From the NCBI GenBank assembly GCA_037447605.1, contig CM074809.1, forward strand, positions 4,020,689-4,084,688: a DNA stretch of 64,000 nucleotides, in the 5' to 3' direction. A program made the position numbers and the translations under genes. This stretch comes from Zygnema circumcarinatum SAG 698-1b (taxonomy: Eukaryota > Plantae > Zygnematophyceae). The notes under the pieces are model-generated. The model was not told where the DNA came from, ran no database searches, and saw only the letters and a list, made by a program, of their open reading frames with translations. This document shows positions 11,301 through 23,500 of the stretch, in pieces (within the stretch, counting starts at the first letter, position 1; the number at the start of each line of letters is the position of its first letter).

Positions 11301-13376
11301 ATCCAAATTCTCCTCCAGAACCTTCTTTGCCAGCTGAGGGATGTAATGCCCTGTATAGAAACCACACGTGGTAGTCAGTTCAAAGAGTAAAGTTCCATGA
11401 GGCAGCACGACAGAGGGCAGGAAAATAAATAAGGATCTCACAGCCAGCACCTAAAAATGCCTAGTGAGCAATTCCAATGGAAGGAAATTGAGATTTACCT
11501 GCATAGCTTTCTCCTGTAATATAGAAGGTGCGGCCCTGAAATCGAGTATGTCGTTGAAGGAAACCTTGGAGAAATACGTAATTGTCTGATGCTGCAATTC
11601 TCATTATCCCCCAAATAGGCGTGACGTCGTCAGGATCAAAGATTCAGGAAGTATTCCATTGTCTCAAACAATCTCACATGACGATGTCTATACTTCAAGT
11701 TACTCGATGAACGCCCACGAGTAGTTTACGAGCTGACTCTTTCTCCTTTCTGTCCACTCTCCACCTCCAAGCCCTCTCTCGGGCGTGTCATGTCCCTCTC
11801 CCCCCGTTCCCTCTCTCTCGTTCCTCTCGGCTCTCTCTCTCTCCCTCTCCCTCTCCCTCTCTCTCTCGCTCTCTCTCCCTCTCCCTCTCCCTCCTTGTTA
11901 TATGTCTCACCAGTTTGATTGTCGCCAGTCGTCAGGTCACTGACTGTGTCAGTGTAGGAAAAGCCGACACCTGCTGGAGACTCGAGGAACACCATATTGG
12001 CCACTGCAATAGACATTTGAGTCAGGTCAATGGTTAGCACTGAGAGTGGTCACAACAAAAGATCAACCGCTTGCTGGAATGAAAGTATTTGACCTTTTTC
12101 AAATCTGCGAAATGCTGTGCTGTTTGCATTTACCTGTATTCCATGACCATGGATTGAGTTTTAACGTCTCCGCTTTCTCGTCGGCAACACGCCAGGGCCC
12201 AAGTCTGCAATAAACGGCAAAAAAACGAACGGATGAAATAATTAGGAATTCTCACTTCTTCCTTTTAAGATAATAAGGAATGGGAATGATAACGTTCATG
12301 CGAGAGAGAGTATCAAGTGGTATAGAGGTTGAGAAACGTTTGATGAGTCGAACTTTTTGACGCACGAGTAAACACACCCGAAGGTGGCCAAATCTGACAA
12401 TTTACTTTTTGTGTACTCAAAGGTGAACGAATGAAATGTGATGGGGGGCGGTGAAATAAACTGACAGAATTTTAGACTAGAAACAAGTTCAAATTCTTCC
12501 TGAAAAAAGAGGGGCAACCCCCCATTGCAGAACCTCAGCAACATAGAGAGAAACGCAATTTACTCTGTCATCATGCCGCCTCCTACGGACGAGCAGCCAG
12601 GACCTGCATGATCACCGAAAAAAAAAAAGATAAGCAATAATAATTTGATAAGCAGCAACCTACGCTTGGCTCGGCTTCACGAAAGAACTTTGCCACGTTC
12701 TCATCATGCAATCACATCATGAAATACAATTTCTCGCGTTCATGCAAGCACATACATCTAATGAACAACAGAACCTCTGATCTTTTTTCTCGCTCCTCTC
12801 TATTGCTCCTACATTTTATCGTCAGCGCCTTCTGCTGCATCAGCCTCACGAAAAACAGCAACTTTACTAAAGAGGAAGGGGAACCAAATTGATCTCTTTT
12901 GCCTCCCTCTCTCCCCCTCGCCGTCCCTCCCTTCTCCTCTCTCCTTCCCTCTCGCCCTGCCCCTCTCTTTCTCCCTCCCTCTTACCTCCATTCAGCCACA
13001 GGACGAGAGGCTTGTTATCGGGCTCCTCAGCTTCCGCCAGCCAATAGAAGAAGTTCTTTCCTGTCGAAGCATTGATAGTAACGTAGCCGGAATACTGCGA
13101 AAAGTTAACAGCCGGCTGCCCTGGGAGGTCCGTTACAAGGTCAGCGGCAGCGGCTTCAGATATCACAGCGGTGACGATTTCTTCAGCTCCAGTTTCAGTT
13201 TTCGCTTTCCTTGTAGATATGTCGAAAATCCCCGCATCAGCTCTATTGATCGTGTCAGGAAATTGGCTAATCTCAGCTTCCTTAAAGTAAGCATTTCGCA
13301 TTCCGCTTGCAGCAAGAGCCAGTTGAGAGCAGCATGCCAAGCTGAAGAGAACGCGGAGCATCGGAAGGATGCTCAT
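8331..13376 (-). CDS. Serine carboxypeptidase-like protein, clade II (SCPL copy 2), 14 exons
   Basis: It has a signal peptide [16 protein letters not shown]. Exons encode [14 protein letters not shown] (to 12986), [78 protein letters not shown] (10375-10393), [44 protein letters not shown] and [17 protein letters not shown]. The catalytic triad is intact. Confidence 0.95.
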
Positions 13377-14345
13377 GCTGGAAAAGAGCTCACAGCTTCG
13401 CTCCTAGAACACAATATGAATCAATACTGATAACTTGAGCCTTAATAATTCAAGAAATCGTCTTTCTGTGCCCGCTCCTGCTAAGCTAAGCCGCCCTCCC
13501 TGAGCTCAAATGTGCTCAAGCTTCTGCCTGTAATTAAAATTCCGCCTCTAAGCAAGTAGAAAGGCGACCAAGTGTGTGGATCCTTAACTGCTGTAAATAT
13601 ATATGGAATACTGTAATAGCGTTTCCCCACATTCAGCTGCTGTTCCAATGCGCCATATTCAGATCACCTTCAGCTTTCGTGAGAAGTGAAGCAAGCTACC
13701 CCTGCTCACGCTTGCAGAATGAATAATTCTTCTTCACATCGGAACCAGTACTCCTGTAATTGCAAATATCCCTGAGCACAATAGAAAAGCTTCCAAAGCA
13801 ATGTATTGATTCTCAACTCGCTCGCTTTGGTACTCCATTGAAGAGATTTTGGCGAAGTCGCTTATGAAAAGCCGACCAATGGGGGCTCGTCAAGATCCGT
13901 ACAATGTACGCTTTTCCACGTGGCGTCACCTTAGTGGACCGTTTGATTGCACTGTTTTTCATTTCGTACGGTTTTGTGTCGGTGGCCGCGCGCGAGCGAA
14001 ATCCCTTCAAGTAAACATCCAACACGTGGCACATGCAGGTCAACTGCCACCTGTGCCTTTATGAGGGTTGTGCCTCTAGCGCGTGCTCTTTTTGGAGTTC
14101 TGCCCTGTGCCAATAAGGATCGGGCGCAGCGCACGGCGCGGCAATGTCGATAAAGACAACCGCGATACGCGGCGGCCGTCTCGGCGAACATTGAGCGGGG
14201 ATCGCGGCGTCGGACAACCGCCATAACTGCGGTCGACCGCGGTGACGGTTACTGTACGAGTAGGATCGGGGCACAAGGAATTTGGATCGGGACACAGGGA
14301 AACCGGATCGGAGCACAGGGCAACCTGCTGGATGAGTCTGGTTCG

Positions 14346-14504
14346 GACCGTTAGATATGGCAGGCAGGCGCTGACCGTTGGATGCACCTTGTATCCCTGC
14401 GGCTGGATTTTGGGAGCCCCATCGACCGTTAAACTTGCGTGTGCAAGCGTTGAGTGGCCGTTGGACCGTTGGATGCGAGCATTGGTGTGGCGCGCCCCGT
14501 TGGA
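14346..14504 (-). promoter_or_regulatory. Cluster of six MSA-like (YCYAACGGYY-type) elements in one orientation
   Basis: The + strand reads GACCGTTAGA at 14346, GACCGTTGGA at 14373, GACCGTTAAA at 14424, GGCCGTTGGA at 14456, GACCGTTGGA at 14464 and CCCCGTTGGA at 14495. The cluster lies about 1 kb upstream of the SCPL2 start codon. Function is inferred. Confidence 0.45.
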
Positions 14505-15230
14505 TGCAGATGTTGCCGACCACTGAGTCTCTTGACTCTCTCTCTTTGGACATGGACATGGACGGACACATCAAAACCATGCACAACATGCAATGTCCCA
14601 AGGGGCTCCTCTCCTCCAAATCGTGCTTCAGTGGACGACTCAAGCCTTGCTACGAACGACATATGACATGCAGCATGGGAGGGACAGTGGCTACTAATGG
14701 CTTGTGCTAATCACAGAAACACGTCAATCGCAATGTCATCAGTCACAATTTGAAGTGTCAGCAAACGAATACAGCAATAATTATATACAAAAGGAAGTGC
14801 TTCACACCAACCCCCTCCCTCCCTCTACCCCCTGCTTGCTTATTTTTATGCAGATTATTAAGCTAGAAACTGAACAGACTTGAGCCCTATGTACAAATAT
14901 ACCCCTCGAAATAGAGAAAGCTTAACATTGACCTAAACCTGTACTTGAATCGACCACGTCTTAGCTTCCCTCCCTCCCTCCCTCCCTCCCTCCCTCCCTC
15001 CCTCCCTCCCTCTCTCCCTCGTCGCCCCCACCAATGACTGACTGCACATATCAACAACCACAGTTTTAGGGCAAGCCACAACTGAAAGACCATACCCCTC
15101 TGCTCTACACTGTGGAGATCGCCCATTCTTGCCAATACATTTCAAGAGTGAACCCTAATTAGCTGAAGTCCTTCATAACCAAGACCACCTTTTGGGCGGT
15201 TCTTCTGTCCCTATCATCCCATCCGAGAAG

Positions 15231-17439
15231 TCAGAGGAATTCCCACTGTCTGTACACCTTATCCACAATGCCTCCGCCCGAGCGTATGGCATGGTTCAAT
15301 GTGTCCAGGGCTGGGGGCACACCCCAGAGAAGGGGGATGGCTACTGTGAGGTGCAGCTTCTCATGGAGCCCCTCCATGGTCTGCTTCTCGAGCACCACTA
15401 TCTGTTTGCACACAGAAAAAAAAATGCGCCACAAGTGTTCGTTCTCAAGAGCAGGCTCCAGCTTTTTCAAGAATCGAAGAAATTCGTGCTAAACGATGCA
15501 ATTCCTAGATCCGCACATGTTTCAAATGCGAGACCCTGGAAGGTCTCAAAAACAAAGGGTTTCAGGAGAAAGAAGTGTGCTACCTCTCCTCCTTGCTCCT
15601 TCACAGTGTCCTCCACCACTGCACTCAACATCTCTACGGATCGGCAGAACCCTATAATACAAAAGCGGCGCCCCATGTCCAAGCCCTGCCATTAACCCGC
15701 CTCCCCCCTCCTCCACCAATCAGCTTTCAGAAAACCTAAAGCAGCCCTCTAAGGGAGGGACGGGAAAACTCCCTTCAAACTGAATGTAGGATCGTTGCTC
15801 TCAACTTCCAAGACAGAAAAATCGCAATCATCCCTGACTGCGTTTTGATCGACATCCAGAGCGGGAGAACGTCGATCTGTCAAAATTCACAAGAATCTCG
15901 AAGAAAGAGTTCTGAAACTGTAGGCAAGGAAGGCAGCGGCCCATACATTTGTAGCGGCAATATCGAAGAGAGCGCCCAAGCAGAGCTGCTGGTGAGGGTC
16001 CATAAAATCCTCCTCTCGAAATCGACGCGGAGGTGTCTCCACTCTCCTCCTGCCCTCTCCCTGCATCGAGCAAGTTTGAGAAGTCTAAAATATTACGGTC
16101 CAAAAGAAATGAATGACTTGAGAAGCCCAAAGACGCCTAGACGACTCACTTAAGCATCTCATCGCTGCAAAATTACGTTCATGTTACGCGTTACATTTCT
16201 AGTTTGTGAGAAATGCTTTAAGCATTCAGGCGTTCAAGCTGAAAATAGAACTGCCAGCAAACAATTGCATGAACGAAACGAAATTCTAACTGCATGCATA
16301 ACGTTATCAAGAAAAACTTCAAAACGTGACATCCACAGCATGTTTTGTGGAATTAAATGGACATTTTTAGCTCGAAACGACCTACAATTTCAAGCGGAAA
16401 TCTTTCTACTGAACTTTTCAAGCTCCAAGGTGCGATTTAAAAATTTAAATAGTGGAAGGGGTTGAACTAGAGTAGACAATGCATACTTGAACAAGACGAG
16501 GCACTTTCGAACCGCCGAGCTTTACAACTCCGCTATCTGTAATGAGTGTGATAGAGTCCTCTTGAACCCATTCCAATCGCGGGCCTGCTTTCCTCCCACA
16601 CCATTCGCAGCATCACTTAGTCAAAACAATTGACTATTTGACTAACTTCTTGATCCCTGTTTCTTGACGGAATGCGGGCTGACTCGGGCGTTGAATTAAC
16701 GCCTACACAAAGTTCCAGATTTTGCGAATTCTCGATTTCAATACCACACAACTTCTCTGCCTATTCCCGCCTCGTCCTAACTGCCAAGTTGTTGCACACA
16801 GAAAACGTTTTCTTTCGATCTGTGTTGTCCAGAACAGAAAATTCGAAATTGGATGAAGACTCACTTGATGCGCAATTTCCTTAAAATGAGATCCAATGCA
16901 TCGGCCAATTGAAAGCAGCTTCAAACAGCCACTTGAATTCGATGAATTCTAGACCATCAGCTCTTGTTAACTTCTAGAAGCCATTGTCAGACTCGGGTTC
17001 AAACGCCCTTACCTTCATCCTCCTCCTCCCATGGATAGCTTCCGAACTCATCCATTCCTCCTCTCCTATAGCCCCCTCCCTCATTGTTCCACCACCTTCC
17101 TGCCCTCACTGCCACGCTCCTTGCCTCCCTCTCCTTCTCGAGAGAGGCGCCTCGCCCTGGCCCAATCAAAGCCCGCCGCCATGGCCACAAGTCTCGCCTT
17201 GTCCCCTGCCACGTGTCATGAAATCCGCGTTCCTCGCCTCCTGCTCGCATTCCTCTACCTCCACCGATGCATGGCTGCAGGGCGCCTGCAACGAGGAGAG
17301 GGGGGGGAGAAGAGCGAGACGAAACGCTTGCCGCCGAAGTGGAAGAGAGACGGCAGCCATGGCTGAGTTTCGGGCATGGTGGGAGGCGCTGGCTGAGAGA
17401 GGGAGAGCCTGCAGGAGGTGCCCTCAGAGCCATGGCCAT
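15231..17439 (-). CDS. Conserved uncharacterised plant protein with a probable chloroplast transit peptide, 5 exons, about 311 aa
   Basis: Exons 17013-17439, 16487-16584, 15947-16084, 15584-15685 and 15231-15401 are phase-consistent (936 nt). The spliced C-terminus reads MDPHQQLCLGALFDIAATN|GLDMGRRFCIIGFCRSVEMLSAVVEDTVKEQGGE|IVVLEK..LTVAIPLLWGVPPA..AIRSGGGIVDKVYRQWEFL. I recognise this as a conserved land-plant family of unknown function (recalled as DUF7811, unverified). The N-terminus is Ser/Ala/Arg-rich. Confidence 0.85.
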
Positions 17440-18834
17440 GGATCCTCCTTCAGAGCTCCTCCAGCAACGCGTGGTTCCCTCCCAAAAAATTGGACCTTCT
17501 GCTTCACGGACGGTCGATAACTTTTTTTAAAACCGAGAAGACGTTGAGGTAGAGCTTTCCTGGTTTTTTGGAGAAAACCATTGTATGTGAACGTTTTCGG
17601 GCAGAATCTTTTTCAGTTGGGCAGTAAAAATGAAGTGACTGGCAGGCTCAGCGAAAAGAATGTGTCCACGTCAGCTCACATTTTTCGTCAACCGATCGAA
17701 AGAAAACTTTATTTAAGCCCGATCTGACCGTGACAGGCGGTCAGCCCTCTCAAACTTGCAAGCCATTCAACTCTCTCTCCGTGCTTGGTCTCAAAAACCG
17801 TCAAAACGTTTCCGGGAAAAAACCTGAAAACCAGAATGGGCTTCAGCCCACGTCCAGGTGGCAGCTCTGACTCCAAAAGATTCCCACACGTGCGAGGATG
17901 GCTCTACGGCTTGTCACGTGGCAGAGAAGGACACCCCCCGCAGATAGAGCACGAACGGCTCCAAAAGCGGCCCTTTGCACGTGTCTAAGGCCGCGCCTAT
18001 TGACGGACCGGGCCAGACAGACACGTGGCGGAATCGTCATCGCTGGCACCCCCCACGAGGACAAAAGCGTACGGTCGATTTGCTGTACGGACATTTTATT
18101 CTTTTTTCTTAGTAAACACGAACAACTGTTTGTAGGTCACTTTGCTTTTGTTAAACACGAACGACGACAATGGCATGAACCCGTTTCCCTAGAGCAGACT
18201 TCGCCCCAACACGGACTCCATAGCATGACCAAAGAACATGAAAACATGACAAGAGCTTGGGCAAAGGATGGGCCTGCGCCCTCTCCCCTTCACAGCATGT
18301 TACTGCATTTCGAGGCGGAGAGCACGCACATGGCAGACAAGCGAACACCCCTCCCGTGCTGCATAAAAGTTAGGTCACGTTTGGACCAGTTCCGTGTCCT
18401 TCCACGGCAGTCGATGCACAGGCCAGCCACCTTCCGGGCTACCCACTAATCTACACCCCTCCCTCTAAATAACATCATCTTACGCTGTACAGTACCCACA
18501 AGCTGCAGCTCGCCGCCAAATAATAGGTAAGCTTGCAAACACATCCTTGACCGACTTTCTTCTTACTTTCTTTCTTTCTTTCTTAAAAAAAAAAGGGAAA
18601 AAAGTTGCAAGATAAGTCGTCCAGTCTCCACCACGTACAGGCTGGAGCGGCTTCTCCACGAGGTTTTTCTCAACTCCAAAGAACAGAACAGCGGCCTTAA
18701 CTGTCATCAGGTGCAGCTGTGACCAATCAACTACAAAGAACGACCCAAGTATTTACAGAGAGGGACGAGAGGAAGAGGAGAGAGAGCCACTGTGTGTGGG
18801 AGAATGGGAGAGAGAGCGAGAGAAAGAGAAAGAA

Positions 18835-18867
<33 letters not shown>

Positions 18868-19328
18868 TCCAACCCCTGAAACTCCTGCTAGTTGTTGTCT
18901 GACCGAAAAGGGAGACAATAATGTAAGACACAAGACAGCTGATGTCGTTGAGTCTTCCTGAAACAAAAGGTGGGCACCATATGAAAGCCGTTTCAACTTC
19001 CCAGAAACGGGGCCCAGTAGCATATGGCACGGGTTTGCCTGCCTCTCCAGCTGTCGCTTGCATAACCTCTCCGTTAGAAAATCTCAGGAGGTCTATTTGG
19101 CCACCGTATTGCGCATCCAGGTGATGAAATTACGGATGGCTCAAGTTGGCTAGTTTGACCATAATTCACTAAGTATAGAGCCAGCCCTAATATCCCACAC
19201 CACTTTACAGCTCGACAGCAGGTCTGCTGCTTGTTCACAAATCATGAAATGGAGTCCCATATCTTTTGGAAGTTCTTCTCCGGCCATTGGACATTCAAAC
19301 ACATGGGAGATTTTTTGACGGATTATAC

Positions 19329-22123
19329 TCAAGACCTGCCTGGCTGCACGTCCTCCTCATCAACAGACAGCCAATCATTGGACTCTGTCTTGTCGGAACC
19401 ACTAGGAGAGCCGCCCTCCTTCCGATCAGAATCTCCCACTTTTCCTGCTCCCGAGCTGGAATCACTATGCTCCTCTGCCTCCACCTCACCTCCCTGGAAG
19501 CCCCCTTTAAGCTGAACCCACCCTTTCACCTTAATTTCATCCCCCTCCTTACTTTCTCCCTGACCTGGAACACTTGCCTTTCCCTGCTGAGCTCCATTCT
19601 TAGTTCCGGACTTGACATCATCATCATCATCGTCCTCTAAGTCGCTGAAAGATACCTCAGCATCAGCTTCTGCCCCTCCCGCCACATTGGCCACAACCTC
19701 CTCCTCAAGCCAATCATCAGCCTCAATCTCCTCCTGATCAGCATCCTCTTCCTTCTTCTCCTCTCCATCACGTTCTTCTTCGTCCTCTTTTTCAGGCAAA
19801 TGTGGAGCAAGCGGTTCCATTTCCACACTTGCCTCCACTGCCAACTGTGCAGAGCTTTTAAGCCCTCCCTCAACTATTCTTGCATCTATCAAATCACCTT
19901 CCATATCTTGGGCCTTCGTACCTTCCTTGGTAGCCCCCTCGGGAACGCTTGAAGATGCAAGCTCAGTAGAGTAATAGTCTGGGCACTTTTCTAATTCAGC
20001 CTCTTCATCCTTTGCAGATTCCTCCTCAGCTTTCTCGGCCCCTTTACTGTCCTCCAAAGGAACTTTTGGGGGACTAGCCATACCTTCATTTCCTGCACGC
20101 TTCTTCAATGTCTCAAGCACTTCGCTCCTCGCCTCAACCACCTAACAAGGTGGGCATCCGGTCCAGCTCTGAAAAGTCAGTAGTGAATGCGAAACAGCTA
20201 CAATTTGGAGTTCAAACCCTCACGCAGATGCAAAACTAGGTCATCTTGGCGTGATACAGTATCAGGTTGAAATTCTGCTGACTGTTTGTTCAATGTATGA
20301 ATCGTCAGAAGAAAACCAATGTCCACCGGGAGAGAAAAAAACACAGAGATCAGCGGTTTTTGTTCGACGCCAAAAGCTCACCTGCGGAGTGACAAGGACG
20401 GCAGCTTCCTCTTGAGTCAACTTTGAAAACAAGAGTACAAAATAAATTTTCCAGAAGCGAGCCTCGGTCATGTGCTGCGGCGTCAATTCCAGCCTGAGAG
20501 CAGCTAAGCGTGGAGCATTGTACTCCACATAGTCCAAATGCTCTTCTTGTGCTTGGGATAGAACAAAACCTGCACAGCAACGCGGTAATACAGATGAGCA
20601 CACTTCGAACTGACTAAGCTAAACAAAAAAGCAGAACAGGAAAGTAATAATAAAAACACTTAGGCATTTCATGTCATCACTCAAGACCAGGAGTTGGAGT
20701 GGCTATCGCTATTGCACTTCACAGATCAAAGAGCAAGCAAGGCTGATCACTCAGCCTTGATTCTTTTGATTCATTTGTTTGAAAGGCTGATTTTTATAAA
20801 ACAATTAAAGAGGCTGGCTCAAGCCAATCAAGAGAGGAGAAGGCTGTGTGACAAATTTGGGACGAAGCTGGATACCCCCAGTTACATCATCCAACGGTGA
20901 ACGATGACCTAACGTGATACAGCAACCGGATAAAGCATTTGAAAAAAAAAAGTTCTCAGTTTCAGATCGTGCTTACCATCTCCTTCAGCACCCTCTTCAG
21001 GAAGAGGAAATTCAAGCCATGTCTCAGGGTGCACAGCAATGCTACTAGCAAATGAAATGATCTCATCCCTCACAGGAGGTTCTTCGAAGTCATCTCCGCC
21101 TTCCCATCCTTCTTCGCTGCCATCCGACGCATCATTCACGTTGAACGGCAAAAAATTTGATGCGAATTTGGATATTCCGCTGATCCCACTAGCCAGAGTA
21201 TCTGTTATCGCATGTATGTCCTCTTTCGCCGCCTGCAGAAGACTCTCATTTTCATCATCGTCGCCATCATCATTCACGCCCTGCTCCAGTTCTCCCTGTT
21301 CTGAGCTTTCCGTTACCTCCTCTGCCTCAGACTCCTGTTTCAAGCGTTCCCCTTCACCCTTAGGAGCCCCTGATGACGCATAGCCAAGAGATAGGAAGGG
21401 CAGCATAGGCCTTCTCTCTTCAATTTCAGTAGAAATGGATTCTCCTTCAGGCTCCAGACTATCTGAACGTATCCCTGCAGACGCACCATGCGGGTGCGTC
21501 TGCTTCCTCGCCCGAATAACTGAAGAGAATTTTGATAGCTGATTCTTTACAGTCCCTGAGAGCTCGGCAAGATCACTTCGCATGCCTTTCACAGTGAACT
21601 TCGCACTGAGATCTTTTGATTCACTTCCCACAGAAGCGTCTTCCGCATCAGCATGGGGGTCGTCCTTAGTAAAAGTTGAAGCTGCAGGGACAGACGAATC
21701 TGGCGCAACCTCAATTTCGGGTTGCACTTTAGAAGTAGAAATTTCATTGTTGTATCCCTTACTTCCTCCCCCATCTATCATAGGTTCCGTTTCAGGAGAA
21801 CGTTCTTCGTTTCGAACCCCTGGCCTAGAGTTGGCCTCAGCCTTTTCAACAGTCTTATCACCTGAAACATGAGGATCCTCTTCAGGCGAGCTAAGAGGTT
21901 GAACAGGCTCGTTCTTGGAGATGCTGCTTCCATCTGAATCGTCTGGTAGCTCATCCTCGCCTGTTAAAAAAGACGAAAGTCCTTTCCATTGTCTAGTAAA
22001 GGTATTCTTCAATTGAGATAGGTCATCAACCATCCCGCTCTCTCCGCCCCTCTTTCCATCGGAGTAGTCTGTGACTCCTTCTGCCTCCGGTCTTCCAGCA
22101 AAAGAATTCAAGAGCCACGACAT
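19329..22123 (-). CDS. BSD-domain-containing protein, 3 exons
   Basis: Exons are 20977-22123, 20382-20569 and 19329-20142. The BSD core reads FASSIAVHPETWLEFP..FVLSQAQEEH..APRLAALRLELTPQHMTEARFWKIYFVLL. The acidic tail carries DDWLEEE, VSFSDLEDDDD and DWLSV, as is typical of plant BSD proteins. Confidence 0.9.
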
Positions 22124-23421
22124 TGAAGCGTATTTTCACAACAGAGTCGTTTTTGAAATGGGTCGGAAGTCAATTGCCGTCAATCATTCAGATGACTGCA
22201 ATATACCGCCAATGCATTCCAACGCATCAGCACACCAAAAGGGGGCCGCAAAAAAAAGGAAATAAACACCACCTTTACTATGGTGAGCAGGCAGAAACAG
22301 AGAGAACGGTCCTGCAGCAATGCTCCATCTTAACTGGCAAATAACTGCTCTTTAGGGTTCTGAAATAACACATGGAAATCCACATGGCATGCCCAGAACG
22401 GCAGACTCCCATCATTGAGCTTCTTTTGTGACCTTGGAAGATAACGTGAGTTACATGTACTGCTAAAAAAGGAAGGTAAGCCTGCTTCAAGAACTATCAC
22501 CATCTGAAAACCTACTGCCATGGGCTACCTGAATCAGAAAATATTGTGTCATGATTGCATACAGTGTCAGCCAAATAGCGGCATTTTCAAGTGGTGAAAA
22601 TGATAGTCGCCATCCAACTTCCGGAGACAAAATCGAAACCACAGCCCTGTCAAAATGCAATTCGCTCGCTGAATAACAGGATATGCAGAAGACCTTGTGC
22701 GCACGGCGTCCTTCAGGCTCGTATAGGCTACGGTGGCGAGTACCCAGCCATGGCGCAGAGGACGAGACTTTCAGGAGAAGGATGATGCCTCAAAAGCGGA
22801 GCAAGACTTGACACGATCTCTCCAAGTGACTTGAAGAAGATGCGACCGCATGTACACTGTGCGCTGTAACGCTTGCTGCTGTACGACAGTTGTTCGCTGG
22901 CAGCACGGCCAACTGCACAACTGTGCATCCACGAAGCTCCAAAACGTTGGTGCCAAATGCAAGGCGAATTGAATGCAAATTCATTCTCTCTTGGTGTCAA
23001 CCAAAAGGGTCTAGAAAGTTTCATGCGATGTTACTTTGTAGAAAAGGAAGGGGCTGTGCTTGCATGAGCAATACCATCGAGGCCTTCACGATCTTAGGGA
23101 TTCAAGTGGCAAACTGTTGGTGTGAAAAAGAGGGGGGCTTTACGACATGGCAAGCTTGCAATGCGAGGGGATGGGTTGGAGCGAACAAGGAAGAAATTAA
23201 ACAGCTTGAAAGTTCTTTCCGTTTGAATTCTCCAACATGGAAGCCATTTCAAAAGGCCAAAGTCTCATGTCATTCCATGACTTTGGCACATGTAACTTCG
23301 CCTCCACTCTCTGAGGATCAGATGAAGGGTTGCGGTCAACCGTCGATGCGAACAGATCGACGGTTTAGAGGCTCCAGCACAGAGCGGCCCCTCGCATACG
23401 TGTTGAGCGAACGGGGGTGAT

Positions 23422-23500
23422 GTGGCATTCATCTCACGATGGCGATGATGCCATGAAATGTACATGGACGAAATCAACATGGGGAACCACGAGGAACTGG
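23422..23500. repeat. Dispersed repeat, copy A (copy B at 32214-32289)
   Basis: The two copies share an identical 23-mer CATGGGGAACCACGAGGAACTGG and CTCACGATGGCGA. By hand alignment there are about 11 mismatches plus one 3-nt indel over about 78 bp. Confidence 0.8.
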
